A stretch of 64,000 nucleotides of DNA. Source: Camelus dromedarius. Its lineage: Eukaryota. Made by a program: the position numbers and the translations under genes. Positions 21,980-35,463 of the stretch are shown piece after piece. The stretch is taken from positions 7,378,001 through 7,442,000 of the forward strand of contig NC_087436.1 in NCBI RefSeq assembly GCF_036321535.1, given 5' to 3'. Under the pieces are notes generated by a model. It had not been told where the DNA came from. It searched no databases and saw only the letters and a list, made by a program, of their open reading frames with translations. Every line of letters begins with the position of its first letter. The stretch's first letter is position 1.

Positions 21980-23740
21980 CATCTTAGTTTTCAGTTTAAT
22001 TGGTGGATGGTTTCCTAGCCAGCCCACAAAGCAGACTGGGACAGCTAAAAATGTTTCTTTTAATGCAGATGCAGAATTTCCTTTTCTTATAGAAATGTAA
22101 AAATTAAATCCCTTTTTCCAAAGCAGCATTCTGCAGTATCTCCTCTAGTTTCCCTCTCTTGCTATCAGAAAGTGCTGTGAAAAGGAAAGGACTTTTATCT
22201 TTATGGAAGGTGAATGTAGAAGAATAATTTCTCTTCTAGCACAAGTTGGAGCAAACAAGTATTTTTATTGTTAAATGTTTTCTTCTGCTTTTAACTGTAT
22301 TCAAAGAATTGTTAGGTTTTTAGTTTCTTGGAGTCGAGAAGAGGTTTGCTTAATTTCATACTGTCCTCACAAAAGCAGAACAAATAGAATTTTACTATAG
22401 GAATTTGGTGCCAGTTTTTATATACATAAATAAACTTTGCTTCCATATAACAGTTAGATTTCCTTAGGTTAAGAGAGCACATTTAACTTCATTAGTTTTA
22501 ACACTTAGAAAATATAGGGCATAAAGTGATACAGAAATGTGTTGAAGACATGAAGCTTCCTATGAAGTGAATGACTAAAGTGTCAAAATTCATTCAACAA
22601 TTTTTTGTGTGTCTGTGTACCAATTGTGGAAACAAATAGTTATTTAGCATATATGCTGTTTAAGAGTTGAATGTAATAATTTTGTTAGGTTCAAACACTA
22701 TGCAATTTTAGAAACACCAGAGAATAAATGATTTGATCGCTTAGGGTTTATAAAATAACTTCAAGAAAAAAATAGTGTCTCATGAAAGTTAATTTTAAGA
22801 AAAGAACAATGTTTAAAATTAAAAGGATATATTTAGAGTGTGTTCTTTAGGATAGCTGGACTTAATGTCCAATTCTTAGTGAGCTGATCATTGGATATGA
22901 ATCTCTGATTTTCATTTTTCTTGCAAATGTGTGTTCCTTTGTCTTATCATACATATCTACATATGCAAACATAGATAATATGTTCATAAAATATGCATTT
23001 CTATAAAAGATGAGTTGTTTGTACAAGAAACATTGGCACATTCTATTTATACATTCAGGCTTCTTACCTTCTAACCACTGCAGTGTTACAACTCTGTGTT
23101 CTTGTACTTAAGTAAAGTGACATCACATATCCTTACAGTGAGGCCAAATGAGGTCTAAAGAAACTGATCAGTCCAGGAAGAGAAAATAAATTTAGAATTT
23201 TCAGAAAAGCTTTGTTTGCTTTGAAATATGACACAACATTCCAGTTTAGCAGACAGCTTTATTAGTCTATTTTATACCTCATATAAGGATGAATTTAAAC
23301 TTGCTAAAAATTGCTTTTACAACCTGAAATAGATTAGCTCAGGGTGATGGGGGGGCTGATATGTGTCCTGCGTGTATTATGCAGGAATGAGAATACATTA
23401 TTTACGTAACTTGGTATTAGTTGTGCAAATCATGAGCTTCAAAAGCAGTTTATCAGTATGTGTAGATTCTTAATGCACATTAAAAAAAAACATAAATAGC
23501 AGAGTCTGTTTTATACTCTTTTCAGATTCCCCAAAGGAGGAACTGCGTGTAATTTAGATTCTGGTCCATTACAAACAGCAAAGGTGGCTTCCATGAGGAG
23601 TGGCGCCTTGCTTTAAATAGTAGCACTTGGTTATGTTAATAAACTATAAAGCTGTCACTCTTCTCCCTTTTCTATCACAAAAAACAGAGCAGTGAGCTTC
23701 GTACTGGACAGTGAGTATTTAAGTAATTGTCAGGAGTGAT

Positions 23741-24169
23741 TTTTTTAAACTTTTTTTTAAGTTGAAGTTCAGTTGATTTACAAGTTATTTCCTATGTACA
23801 GCATAGTGATTCAATTATACGTACATATACACTTTCCTTTTCATATTCTTTTTCACTATAGGATATTACAGGATATTGAATATAGTTCCCTTTTCTATAC
23901 AGTAGGACCTTGTTGTTTATCTACTTTATATATAGTAGTGTGTATCTACAAATCCCAAACTCCCAATTTCCCTGCCCCCATTCCTCCCTGGTAACTATAT
24001 GTTTGTTTTCTATATCTTTGAGTCTGTCTCTATTATCTAAATAAGTTCATTTGTGTCCTTTTTAAAAAAATATTCTACACATAAGTAATATCGTATGGTA
24101 TTTGTCTTTCTCTGTCTGACTTACTTCACTTAGTACAACGATCTCCAGGTCCACCTATGTTCCTGCAAA
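23741..24169 (-). mobile_element. 5'-truncated L1 3' end
   Basis: Perfect TSD TGTCAGGAGTGAT at 23728-23740 / 24170-24182; L1 3'UTR sequence. Confidence 0.95.
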
Positions 24170-25292
24170 TGTCAGGAGTGATCTTGATACAGAATTTAGC
24201 ATAAAACACTGTATTAGAATTGATCACCCCAAAGGCTGTAAATACAGAATGTCTCACAAAGACCCTGACAAACGAGAAATTTATCAGAAAACAAGCTAAT
24301 TGGAGATCACAAGAACAGATCAGCGGCAGCTGTCCTTCCCTGCCGGGTAGAGATAAGATTGATTGGTGCCACCATCAGCAAGCTCCCTTCGGCAACAGGA
24401 AGAGAACAAAAAGTTGCGGTTGGGGGGACTCGGTGTAAACCTACAGCTGGGGAGTTTCACAAGGAAATGGGGGGGTCAATGAGAAAGCTCTAGGGATAAG
24501 GAATCAGCAGATGGCATGCCACAGAACTCTCACCACTTGTCACGTTGAATGTCATTATCTCTGTGCCTCGTGTCTCATAATTAGAAATGGAAACTGACAT
24601 TTCTTCTCCTAGAAAAAGATGCTTGTCTTTCTAATATAGAATCTAAAAACAACCAGGTTATAGTTACCTCATTAACATCCCAAGAATTTCTAGTTCTTTT
24701 TATGAGGGAAGCTTCCACGTGCTTGCCTTAGGAAACATGCTATAAAACAGTAAAGAACTTTTACAATCAATTCAAATAAAACAGACTGTCGCATTATGGG
24801 TTTCTGATTGATCGGCAACAGTGAATGCTTGAGAAACAGAAGACCCCTAGAAAATACTTTTAAAATACTATTTTTTTTTAGAATGTTAATCATCCCAAAA
24901 CATATACCTTATTTTTATCATTCAAAATATAAAATGGGACCAGAGTTTGTGTGTGGCTCGAGATCTTTGCTTTATTGAATTTTCCCCTCTGGTGGAAAGA
25001 TAATCTATGCATTCTAAAAATTGCAATTCTGTGAAGCAAGATGATCATCAAGGAACATGAATTAAATCAATATTTTAATTTTCAAATACATTATAAATGT
25101 CTCAGAAATATATGCTTAGGGAAATTATTTTTAAAACGGTCTCGAGGGTATAAATCAGTGTTGCCACATAAATTGTAACATGGAATATTGATGGTTGAAA
25201 GAAGCCCAGCCATTTCTTTCCATTAAATGTGGTACAAAAACATCAATTTTCCAAGTGTCTTTACTTATGTTACCCAGTGAAAACACTGAGAA

Positions 25293-25532
25293 GTGGCGCA
25301 GTGTAGTGGGTAAAGGCATGAATTTTGGAATCTGATGGGCCTTGAGTCAAGTTACGGCTCAGCCACTTGACAACGATGTGATCTTGGGTATGTTTTTCAG
25401 CTTTCTTGCCTCCATGTTTTCATCTGAAAACTGGGACCAATGAATACTTTCAGCCTTACGAAGATTAAATGGATTAATGCATGTACTGTATTTAGCCCAG
25501 CGCCAGGCATATAGGAACCCAATAATGTAGAG
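25293..25532 (+). mobile_element. Near full-length MIR SINE
   Basis: 'gcagtgtagtgggtaaaggcatgaattttggaatctga...ctcagccacttgac...tgtgatcttggg...ttcatctgaaaactggg...gccaggcatatagg'. Confidence 0.85.
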
Positions 25533-25874
25533 TTTGTACTGTTTTAGGTTTAGTTCTTTGACTCTTAAAATTTAGTAACACTACATGGAAAAGAAACCTT
25601 GATTATTAAAAAAAAATACGTAGGAAGAACATAAATTTGATCTACTTATTTTTGTTGGCTACAAACCTTTCCATTTCATACGGGTTGTATTTAAATGATG
25701 TTCAGATGAGGAATCTGCCTTTTCGGCTGCGACGTCCCCCTTCCCCCCTCATTTTTCCCTTCCAGGACCCAGGGCTCACTTTTGGTAAACAGATACTCTG
25801 TTTCTGCCACCTTTGCCTTCCTCGTGTTGTGTCCTTTACTGAGAATATCCATTTCTAGGGCTTTCCCAATTTAA

Positions 25875-26118
25875 ATCCTTATTCATTTTTAAACTCCTAT
25901 ACAAATCAAAATTTAAAAGCCACCTCTGTAGCTGCCATGGTGGGGGAAAACCCTCCCTCCTTTAAATATAGAAAATTCCATGTATTCCTTTTACCTGCGT
26001 ATCCTGCCTTCTTTCTTCCATCGGCCTGAAAAGCTGTCTTATCATCTGTGTACCCCTCCCAGCAACAGCCTCTTGGCTCAGAGGAGATTCTCTGGGAACA
26101 CTCACTGAATGAATGGGT
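25875..26118 (+). mobile_element. L2 3' end
   Basis: 'tccttattcatttttaaa...atcatctgtgtacccc...cactgaatgaatgg'. Confidence 0.5.
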
Positions 26119-27102
26119 GTTGCATTTGCGACGTATTTAAAATCAGTAGTGTTTTGCCAACACTGATTTTAACTACTCATGTCATGTTAAATAAATTCCT
26201 AAGAGGAAATTTAAAATTTTATTTTAATAATTATTTTTATAAATTTTGTAGAAGATTCTAAATGACCTAATCCTAATCTGGAAAAAGAAACCGAAGTTTT
26301 GTTTTTAGAGATAGGCCTCGAAGTTGAATATCCATCTGTGCTGATTATAGAGAGCCAATCCTGGTCATTCAGATTCCGGGCATCTTTTTCCTTTCTGCCT
26401 AAAATATTAGCTTGCCTGGATTCTTTGGATAGTTGCCTTAATTCTTCATTTCTCATGGGTTATTTCAATTCTTTTCAATTTTTTTTCCTCCTGTGGGTTA
26501 TTTCAATTCTTGATCTTAGTTTTCTGATCCTCTTCCTTTGGCAAACAGCAAATTCTCTCCCCTGCAAAATCCATTTTAGTGTCAGTAATCCGATGGTAAT
26601 GTGGCCCCCTATTCCTGTTTCATGGGCGGACAACCCTGTTGGAGATCACTGTCAACAAACCAGCCTTCCTGTTGGTCAGTCTGGTCGCCATGCTTACTGT
26701 GTGCCCAGTAGACCGGACCCTGGAGATGCAGAGGATGGTGACGGTATCTCGTACATGTTCAGTGTTCTGTATTTTTTCCTTCAAAAAACACTTTCATATT
26801 TGGTACAGTATAGACAAAAGAAGACATTGTGTTCTGCCTCTCTTTTTTAGCTTTGGATTTAACTGTGGCAGTTTTCATCATCAGAGATTGCAAATTACAC
26901 GTAGAAATGTGAGGATGGGGTGACTGAGCACTTCTGCTGCGAAGCATGCTACATCATGTCAGTCATGAGTATGTCCATTTATTCGGTAAACACCTGCTTG
27001 GTGCCACATACCATTTTAGATGCAAATATTTTTATCACAATCCTCTAGTTGGTGAGATTCCTTATACATGTGATTTTTAATGTTAAATGACTTTTTTACC
27101 CA

Positions 27103-27170
27103 CTTTTTTCTTCAGGTTTATGGGGATATAATTGACACATGACAATGTGTAAGTTTAAGGTGTATTCATG
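27103..27170 (-). mobile_element. Short L1MA-like 3' terminus
   Basis: 'ggtttatggggatataattgacacatgacaatgtgtaagtttaaggtgta'. Confidence 0.65.
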
Positions 27171-29932
27171 TCAAAATGTAATTAACCTAAATTATAGTAG
27201 GTGACCCCATTTGGATGGATTAGGAGAGAGAATTCCTAGTAATTAATAGACAGTTATTAAGCATCCACCTTATGCAAAGAACTATAACACATTGATGGTC
27301 TACATAGAACAAGGAGAAGAAGAATTATAATTGGAGAAGAGTCTAACTGGCTGTGGATAGAGACAACTAATTTGGGGTAAATTTGGAACAACGAATGGAA
27401 AATGAGAGAATAGACTGTGGTCAGAGGGACAGAAAAGTCCAGGGCAGGGTTGTTGATAGAGAGGTTTTGCACATAATTAAAGACAGAGGAGAGCGAGAGT
27501 GAGCAGGAAAGCACTGCAGAGATGAGGACGTGAAGGCATCTAGAAAGAAGAAATGAATCCAGTTGAACAGCTTTGAAAACCAGAGGGAGAGAACAAGTAG
27601 CTTATTTGGGTTTTGTTTTTTTTTCTTTACAAGGGGGAATATTTGTTTTTCATGAGAAATATGAGGGTTACATTTCTTTTTGGAAAAATGAAATCTACTG
27701 AAGCTGTCAGCTTAGTGTTTGGAAGTCAGAACTCCAACCCAGTCAGAAAGGAAGCTCTAAGAAGCATCTCTTTGTCCTAAAGTGACCCAGCTGGTTGGTG
27801 GTCGTTGTTTGGGGGTCCTGGGAAATCGCGTGATTTGTTCACTCGGGACACGCGCTGGTTACAGTCTTGCCTGGAAATCTAATTGAGGACACTTCCAGGA
27901 CTTCAGAGAAAGAATGAGGGGCAACAAAAGTCGTGTGAAGTGTGTGTCTTTTTAAAAGTGGCCTAAAATCTCCCCTGATTTCATCTAAATAACGTCAGTC
28001 GTGTAAATCCCTAAAGGACCCTGTTTGAGACTCAGTCCCATGAAAGCATTTTCTGAAAGCTAAATCAGCATTGTTTACAGTGGATTTGCTCTGCGATGTA
28101 TTCCAACACAAGGCTTCTGCCAAGCGTTTTTGCTGCCATATGTACGCCTATTAATTAACTCCTTGTAAATGTCTCCCGTGTTCCCTTGTGTTTGCAAGTT
28201 TGCTGTCGAAGCATCACTTTTGCCACACAGCTTATTTCCCTTCATTTTAGATATGGAGGCTTTAGAGGACCCAAACGAATAGGACTCCTTCGTTTTCACC
28301 CACGTTTGTAACCATCTGAGAGAGAGAAATGGACATTAGGCAAATAGGAATCAACACACCAACTTAAATACTGATGGAGCTGATTCCGAAGGGCATGGCG
28401 GATTTTGAGAGTTGCGCGTTCTGGTATGTTGGAGGAACTGGCAGCCGTCTTTAAAATATGGAGTATAAGATGAGAGAGCTGTGAGGAGAATAAAGCTGAA
28501 AAGACCGGCAGGATCACGGATGCTCTGTACTCCACTGTGTTTGATTCTAGGCATGTGGATTTTGTAAGGAGTAGAGAAAAACTGAAGGAAGGATCTGGGG
28601 TCAGAGAAAGCTCACCCTGACTAAAACTATGAGTGGCATCAGGAAATGCAGAAGTTGGAGGCATGGAAACCTGACAGGTGCAGAACCACAAGCAAGAGGT
28701 AATTAATGTAGGACTGAAATGAAGCGATAGGAGCAGAAACAGAGCAAGATGGATGCACAGGAGAGTCGTCGGGGAGGTGAAATCAGCAGGACTCAGTCTG
28801 TATGTGGAGTTAGGGATGTTGGGCCTCGGGGACAGTTAGAAGTCTGAGGAAACTCCTCTTTGGTCTGGGAAAGTGGGTGGAACATGGCTGTTGTCTAGGC
28901 ATACAGTGTTATTGCTCAACCACAGAGGTAGCTTTGCATTTATGTGACCCTTACTCACCAAGTGAAGTGTGAGTTGAGTGTAGGTCTTGTCTTGAGATGT
29001 GTGTTGTAATTATGAGAAATGGAATTTTAGAATTCCCACTTGAAAAAGGTTTTTTAGAGCATCTATGAGTAACAGTGAAGTCCTAGAGCAATTAGTGTGG
29101 AAGTGTCATTATCTGATGGATACATCTGGGTCAAGAGGTTGATGTCATATCTCCACTGATCGGCCTGCTTAAACATTCGTGTTTAACTTTGTCATCGAGA
29201 GACAGGCTACTTATCTTGAGTTCTGGGGATTTTTCATATCTGGATGAACAACTGAACTGATTCAGAATCGCCCGGAGCAACATGTACTCGTTTTTATGTT
29301 TTATTTCCTATCAAAAAATTCAATAGGCAGTAAGGAAAAACTTTTATGTTGACTTGTCAAGCTGAGAAGAATTAACACTTCAGCGTTACAAGGCAGCTGA
29401 AATCTTAGGCAGGATTTCTTGCAAGAGCATCCAATGAAAAATCATAGATATTCCGTATAAATAACCAAGGTGACTCAAATAGTAAGCTCTGAAAAAAAAA
29501 ATCTCAGAAATGAAACTGTAAAAACAATCATCTTAATGTGCCATTAGGTATTTGGAAATAGTTACATATGGATTAAAATTAGGGAAATAACTCTGAAAAA
29601 TTAAAATTTAAAGTGTGTCTTTATGTTGAAATATTGATTTTATACTCTATTCTTGGCTTTCAAATATAAATGCTACCTGGAGAAGAGGTTACTATAAATA
29701 GTGAAATGACTAATATTTCTCTATTTAACTACTAATTACTTCAGTTCATTTGCTAAGGAGGATTTGGGAAATATATTTTGAATTTCTCCTTTAAATATAT
29801 TTTCATCAATAATATAGTCAGAGTAGTTCTCTATGTTTCTGTTTTGGGTTTATCTTTTCTGTGGTTTAATTAATGAGAAGATCTTTATGTTTAATTATCT
29901 CTCAGAATATTTGTTTTATTAAATTTGGGAAG

Positions 29933-30045
29933 TTTTTTTGGGGGGGGCTAATTAGATTGATTGATTTAATGGAGGGACTGGGGATTGAACCCAGGACCTC
30001 ACGCCTGCTAAGCAAACACTCTACCACTGAGCTATACCCTCCCCC
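29933..30045 (-). mobile_element. vic-1-type tRNA-derived camelid SINE
   Basis: Reverse complement of 'gggggagggtatagctcagtggtagag...gaggtcctgggttcaatccccag' (Pol III A/B boxes); TSD TAAATTTGG.AA on both sides. Confidence 0.9.
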
Positions 30046-31319
30046 TAAATTTGGAAAAATTTGAAGGGGTTATATTTTCCTTATAAGAGGCCTAAACCAG
30101 AGCCCCTTAATAGATTATGGGCAGGTAGTCACTGGTCTAGTAAACGTGGTGGATCCTGATGTGGGAAGCTGTTCGTATTCACATTGTATGGCTCCTGAGG
30201 AAGGAGGATCAATGGCATTTCTTGTTTCTGTGGAGTGGATTATGGTTGTCCCAGTGTCACTCCACTTCTTGACTCACAGCTGTGCTTTCCTTGTTGCTCG
30301 GTTCCAAATCACTCACGCAATCGAAACACAACCTGTAAGGATAGTGACTGAGCGCATTGAACCTTGTGAATAATTTGCTTAAAGTAGAGAGAGCTAAAGT
30401 GCTTTCCGTAATATCACTAGGATGCGTGGGTTGTAACTATATTTTCAGAGATGTGTATTACAAGGAGGTGATGGTTGTATCCTTCGATACATCCTCCAAT
30501 ATAAAAACACAGCCTGTTTGTAATAAGCAGTTCTGAAAACATGATTTCAAAGTTAAGAAAGAATCACTGGAAAGTATTTCCATGTTTTATAAAATATATT
30601 TGTTTTTATCAAATCTATTACTTAGGTACACCCTCAAATTTCATTTATTATTAGAATATTTATTAGTATCCATTAAAAGGAATAGGACTAATCCAAATTT
30701 GAACCTTGGCACAAGATTTTAATTATATTGCAAAAAGCAACAATAAAAGGGAGGCCTTTGAAATAACCTTAGGAATCTAGTGCTCCTCCAGGACATGGCC
30801 TTTTAAAACATCTATGCCTAGGATGTGCTGATCTCTTACGTTCTTCTAAAATCCACAATGTGCTTTTAGCAATGAGTCTTAAAATGCTTCCTTCTTTAGA
30901 GCAAACTTCTGAATTTTGATTGCTCCGACTTTACCATTTCCTTCCCCACTCTTTCCTGATGGGTTTGTCCCAGAAGAAGCCTGTATGTTACCAGGCTCTT
31001 CCTGTGTTCATTAATATTCCAACAGAGCATCACACTTTCCTCCTTTGTGCTTGTGTAATTTTGAAGCCTTTTCCCTATCGTGTTAACTAAACTGTTTCTA
31101 ACTTTGAGCCTTAAATATTTTCATGGTTTGGAGATATCATTCTGGGAACATAAAGCTCTCATTTTGAAATTCGGGTTTTCCATGCTATTCAATATTGTAC
31201 AAACGTCTGTCAAAACATATAATTTGAGATGTAGTCTTTCCTTTTGTGTTCGTATATTCCAGCAGTTCTTGAATTATTCTCCTTATTTTACATGCTAAAA
31301 TTTCTGTTCCCGGAAGTTT

Positions 31320-31540
31320 TATATCAAAGACATATGTGTATGTATGTTGTAATTATAATTATACACATCTTATATAATAATAATATACATACATATCTTT
31401 AAATATATATTAATATATATATTGTATATGTATTAATATATACACAGATATATTATGAAGTAATATATAAATACTTATATAAATATTTTTGTATATTTAT
31501 ATATAAAGTCATATATCAATACATATATAAAGTATATGTT
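31320..31540. repeat. AT-rich (TA)n low-complexity tract
   Basis: Degenerate TATA/TACA/TGTA repeats. Confidence 0.85.
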
Positions 31541-34500
31541 TTTCACAGTGAAATGAACTTTTTTCCTTTTCAGGAGGGAAATGTACTTTCCTGTGCAGGT
31601 GCACTGAAGTAAATTCAGCAGATTTTCAGAGTTGCTAGACTGATGGAAAAATCACAAAATACATTAGTAGGGGAAAAGGAAAGGTGTTTCTTTTTTCACT
31701 CTCTGCTTGAAAAGTGACAGAATAAAAGAATCCTTGAGCAATGTGTCAAATAGAGCTTTTTCCCTCTCATGGAAGAAAAGAGTCTGAAGCTAAGAAGAGA
31801 AGGCAGCCTTTGTGAGTCTTACCTGCCAACCGTGCCGGTCTACCTGAGCCTTTTTTTTTTTATTCGTACTTAACACATGGACCATCTTGAAATATCTAAG
31901 AATATCACGATGGAGAGCAGTGTGATCTAAGGATCTAAGGTGGAGCATCGATCTAATGATCAGGTCTGAAATGGAGCTTCAGTAGTTTTTGGTTGCTTAA
32001 TAAGTGGTTCACACTTTGAAATACTTCCCAGCATTTTTAAAAACTGACATAGGTTGCGCATGGGAAAATTAGATCAACGTGTTGGACTCCATGAGTCTTA
32101 CAGGCTCATGAGCCGTGGTGATGCTTTTGCATGTTTGTTTCATATACTCCCACCTGAGTCATCTGACGCAGTTCAAGGACGCCGTACGGTCTCCCTGGTT
32201 CTCAGTAAGAAATGTATCATTACACACGGGCAGACTTTTTCAAGAATGTTGTTAGCCACCTCACTCCCCGAATCTCCTGAAAAATTAGAAGCACATTTCA
32301 TTGCATAAAATTTACTGCTCCTGTAATCTAACGCAGCCTCACCTCAGTGTCCTACACACACAGCACATGCCCGATAAACACTCGTGCTGTCATGCCAAAT
32401 CCCATACGTGGTGATGAGTTCTGACAAAGAATGAGAATGCTAAATAGATTCCAATGAATGGACACTTTATAATGAACTGTCGGGGTTGCAAATTCACATT
32501 TACAAGAAAGAGATCCATTTTTTTCCCCTAATTTAGCTTAATTGTTATTTCACACTCCCATTTCATGGCAGTGGGAAAACTTAATCTGGAATCTGGCCAG
32601 TTCCAGAGTCTTCCACGCAGGACAGATGTCTAAATTCTGGAAATAAAATGAGAGTGGCTTCACAAAATTCTGTGAGATGGGGAGGGTGCAAAGATCTGGT
32701 GGGATGTTGGTTGCCCCATGTGAACCTTGATCTTTGATTGCCAAGGTTCAGGGTGAGGTGTCCCTTGCGGTGTCTGGTCCCTTTAAGTCTTGGTGGCTTC
32801 TTTCCTTCTTCCAGGTCTTACCTGGGGACAAAGAATCATTCCACTGTCCTCGTGTTTTGTTAGTGACATTGGCTCAGTATAGCGCACACATTCTCCAACC
32901 ACGCCCCTTTTCCCCAGGGAACGCGCTCTCCCCTCCTTTGCCCCTGGGTCTCATACACTAATCTCCACTGCTCCTGTCTTCCTGGGGAGGCAGGTTTTGG
33001 AAACTCTTTGCATTGTAATGAATTCCCTCCTCTGTATCTTTTTCTTTCCCTGCCCAGGCTGCCCACTCCTGGTCACCCAGAGAATCTTTTAAAAAATATT
33101 TGCGAGTCCCCTGCCCCCAACCAATATTTTGTCCTGGCTTTCTTATTCCTCGGAGGACTTTGTTATTTTAAACAAGAAACTTAGAAAATAAGGATGCTCC
33201 CCCTTTCCCTGGCTTCTGCTCTGCACATCCTTCACTGGAGGAAATGAGTGGAAAAGTAGCCTAGCGGCTTTATGGGGAAGTGGGGGTGAACTTGGGGGAT
33301 GAGAATTGTAAATGGCACAGATTAATATTTAGAAATACCGCCTTGCTGCATGAGCAATGACACTAAGCATTTGGGTCGACTGGTGTCATAGGAAATAAAT
33401 ATCCAAACTGCCTGATGGCGGAAGATGGATTATTGAATATATTTATTATCAATAGACTTTATGGATCATGGGCAGAATAAAAAATACTTTTATGTGATCA
33501 GAATCCTTTTAAGGGAAATCTAAATTTTTTTTAATACAATAAATTGCATGGGGCTCATCATAAATTCAAATGGATGAGTAGAGCTGTTTTAAAAAGACAA
33601 ACTAAAATGTTATCGGGAAAAAAATATTGGTTCTGCTAAATTTTTATATTAGCCTATCTTTTTTGACCTTAGATAAAGAAGGTTACATGTAGTGCTTTAT
33701 ACAAGGGGCGTGGAACTTGCCCTGTGGGTGACGATACCCTCAGAGCCTTGGGGACCAGAGGTCTGCAGCCTCGCTGGATTGTGGGCTTCTCTTTCAACAG
33801 TGGTCCCTCTAGCAGCAAAAAGAAAGCTTTCAGGGGCATCTCTGGAAACTAACCTCAAGATGAACATTCTTTTCTATCTTTGGTCTTTATATGACTAGGT
33901 GCAAAGGGTGCACAGTGCAGAAAAGTAAGGTTTTATTTCCAAGTCCTGGTCTGAGTGAGATGAATAGACTGATCTCTGATGAAAGTTGAGGTCCTGGTGA
34001 CGTATTTTGTCATCAGACATGTGCTGAAAGGCTTAGAAAGCTTGGCTGTGAATTCATACTGCTCTCCGGCACATGGCACTTGGAAAAAGTTTGAAAATCA
34101 TGTGTGAAACCAGCCCGATGTGTTCACTACGTTTTTATCCAGGGCAGATCATTCCTGGGGATTAATTACAAAGATGCGTCCCTTCTTATAGGAGCTGGAG
34201 CTCACTCTTCTCAGTGGCTGGTGGGGCACAATGAACAACAAAGATAGCCTCACTATGCAGGAGTAAATTGAGTTTGCGGAATTGAACTAATTCTTAGGAG
34301 AGTGATGGCATTTGCAAAAGAATTGGTGGAAAGACAGACCATGGAAGCCAGAGGGGAAGATGGGAGGAAGAGGGCTTTGAATGCCGGGCTAAGAATTTTT
34401 ACCTTCTTTTGGACAGTCCTAGATGCTCATAAGCAAGTGATGGCACGGCTCTCTGTGAATTGTGTAAAGCAAGATGTGCATTTTAGAAGAATCGTTATGA

Positions 34501-34859
34501 AAACAGTGTGAAGTCTTCCCTACTCTGAAGAAGTTAAAATAACAAGTATTTCATCTTTGTTCTTTCCAGGTAGAGTGCTATTTGACTACTTTCATAGTAT
34601 TGCTGTAGGAGGAAGAAAACTAAATCACTTACCCAGGGGTGGTCCAAGAGCAAGTGACAGCTGCTTCTCCTACAGCATTGTGATGTCTCTTGCTAAAAGC
34701 TGGGGGACCAGTTGGAAGGATATGGTAGTAATTCACATGAGTATCCGTGTAGTCCTGAACAAAGTACAGGTTGTTAAAAGATAGCGTTACTTGAACTTGA
34801 TACATAATTGAACATAGTGAAGAATTAGCTAGAGATATTCCAAAGCTTCTGAATAGATC

Positions 34860-35140
34860 AGATGGGCAGGTATCCCCGCTGGCGTCTGAGATAAAAGTTG
34901 TGAATTATGAACTGAAGTTTGTGTGTCTGTGTGCGTTTTAGGTGATTCTGATTCCAATGGGACATCTGAGTGGAGGTGTCTAGTAGAATGTTGATAAAGT
35001 GAACTGAAAGCCCAGGAGAGTATTCTGGGCTGGGGAGGAAGATCTGTGATTCAAACATATGTAAGTGGTAGTTGGAAAAAACATCATGCATGCAATTGTC
35101 CAAGGAGTGAGTAGAGAGAGATGAAACATGAAACACGGAG
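34860..35140 (-). mobile_element. L2 fragment
   Basis: 'gggacatctgagtggaggtgtctagtag...ctgaaagcccaggagagtattctgggctgg' are typical antisense L2 motifs. Confidence 0.75.
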
Positions 35141-35152
35141 CACAAGAACTTT

Positions 35153-35463
35153 TTAATTTAATTTTATTTATTTTTACTGAATTATAGTCACTTACAATGT
35201 GTCAATTTCAGGTGCTCAGTGTAATGTCTCAGTCATACATATACATACATATATTCCTTTTCATATTCTTTTTCATTACAGGTTGCTATAAGATATTGAA
35301 TATAGTTCCCTGTGCTGTACAGAAGAAACTTGTTTATCTATTTTATATATATCTACTATATATAAAATAAGTAAGATAGTTTGAGTTGCAAATCTCAAAC
35401 TCCCAATTTATCCCTTCCCATCCCCTTCCCCTGCTGGTAACCATAGGCTTGTTTCCTTTGTCG
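35153..35463 (-). mobile_element. 5'-truncated L1 3' end
   Basis: TSD GCACA(A/G)GAACTTT at 35140-35152 / 35464-35476. Confidence 0.9.

Noticed and set aside
23527..23710. Possible exon (ttttcag acceptor, GTGAGT donor); similar isolated acceptors at ~31573, ~37072 and ~44727
   Set aside because: No convincing open frame or recognisable peptide; such sites are expected by chance in 64 kb.
26299..26850. 183-aa ORF
   Set aside because: TTG start, F/L/S-rich from pyrimidine-rich DNA, no recognisable domain or splice context.
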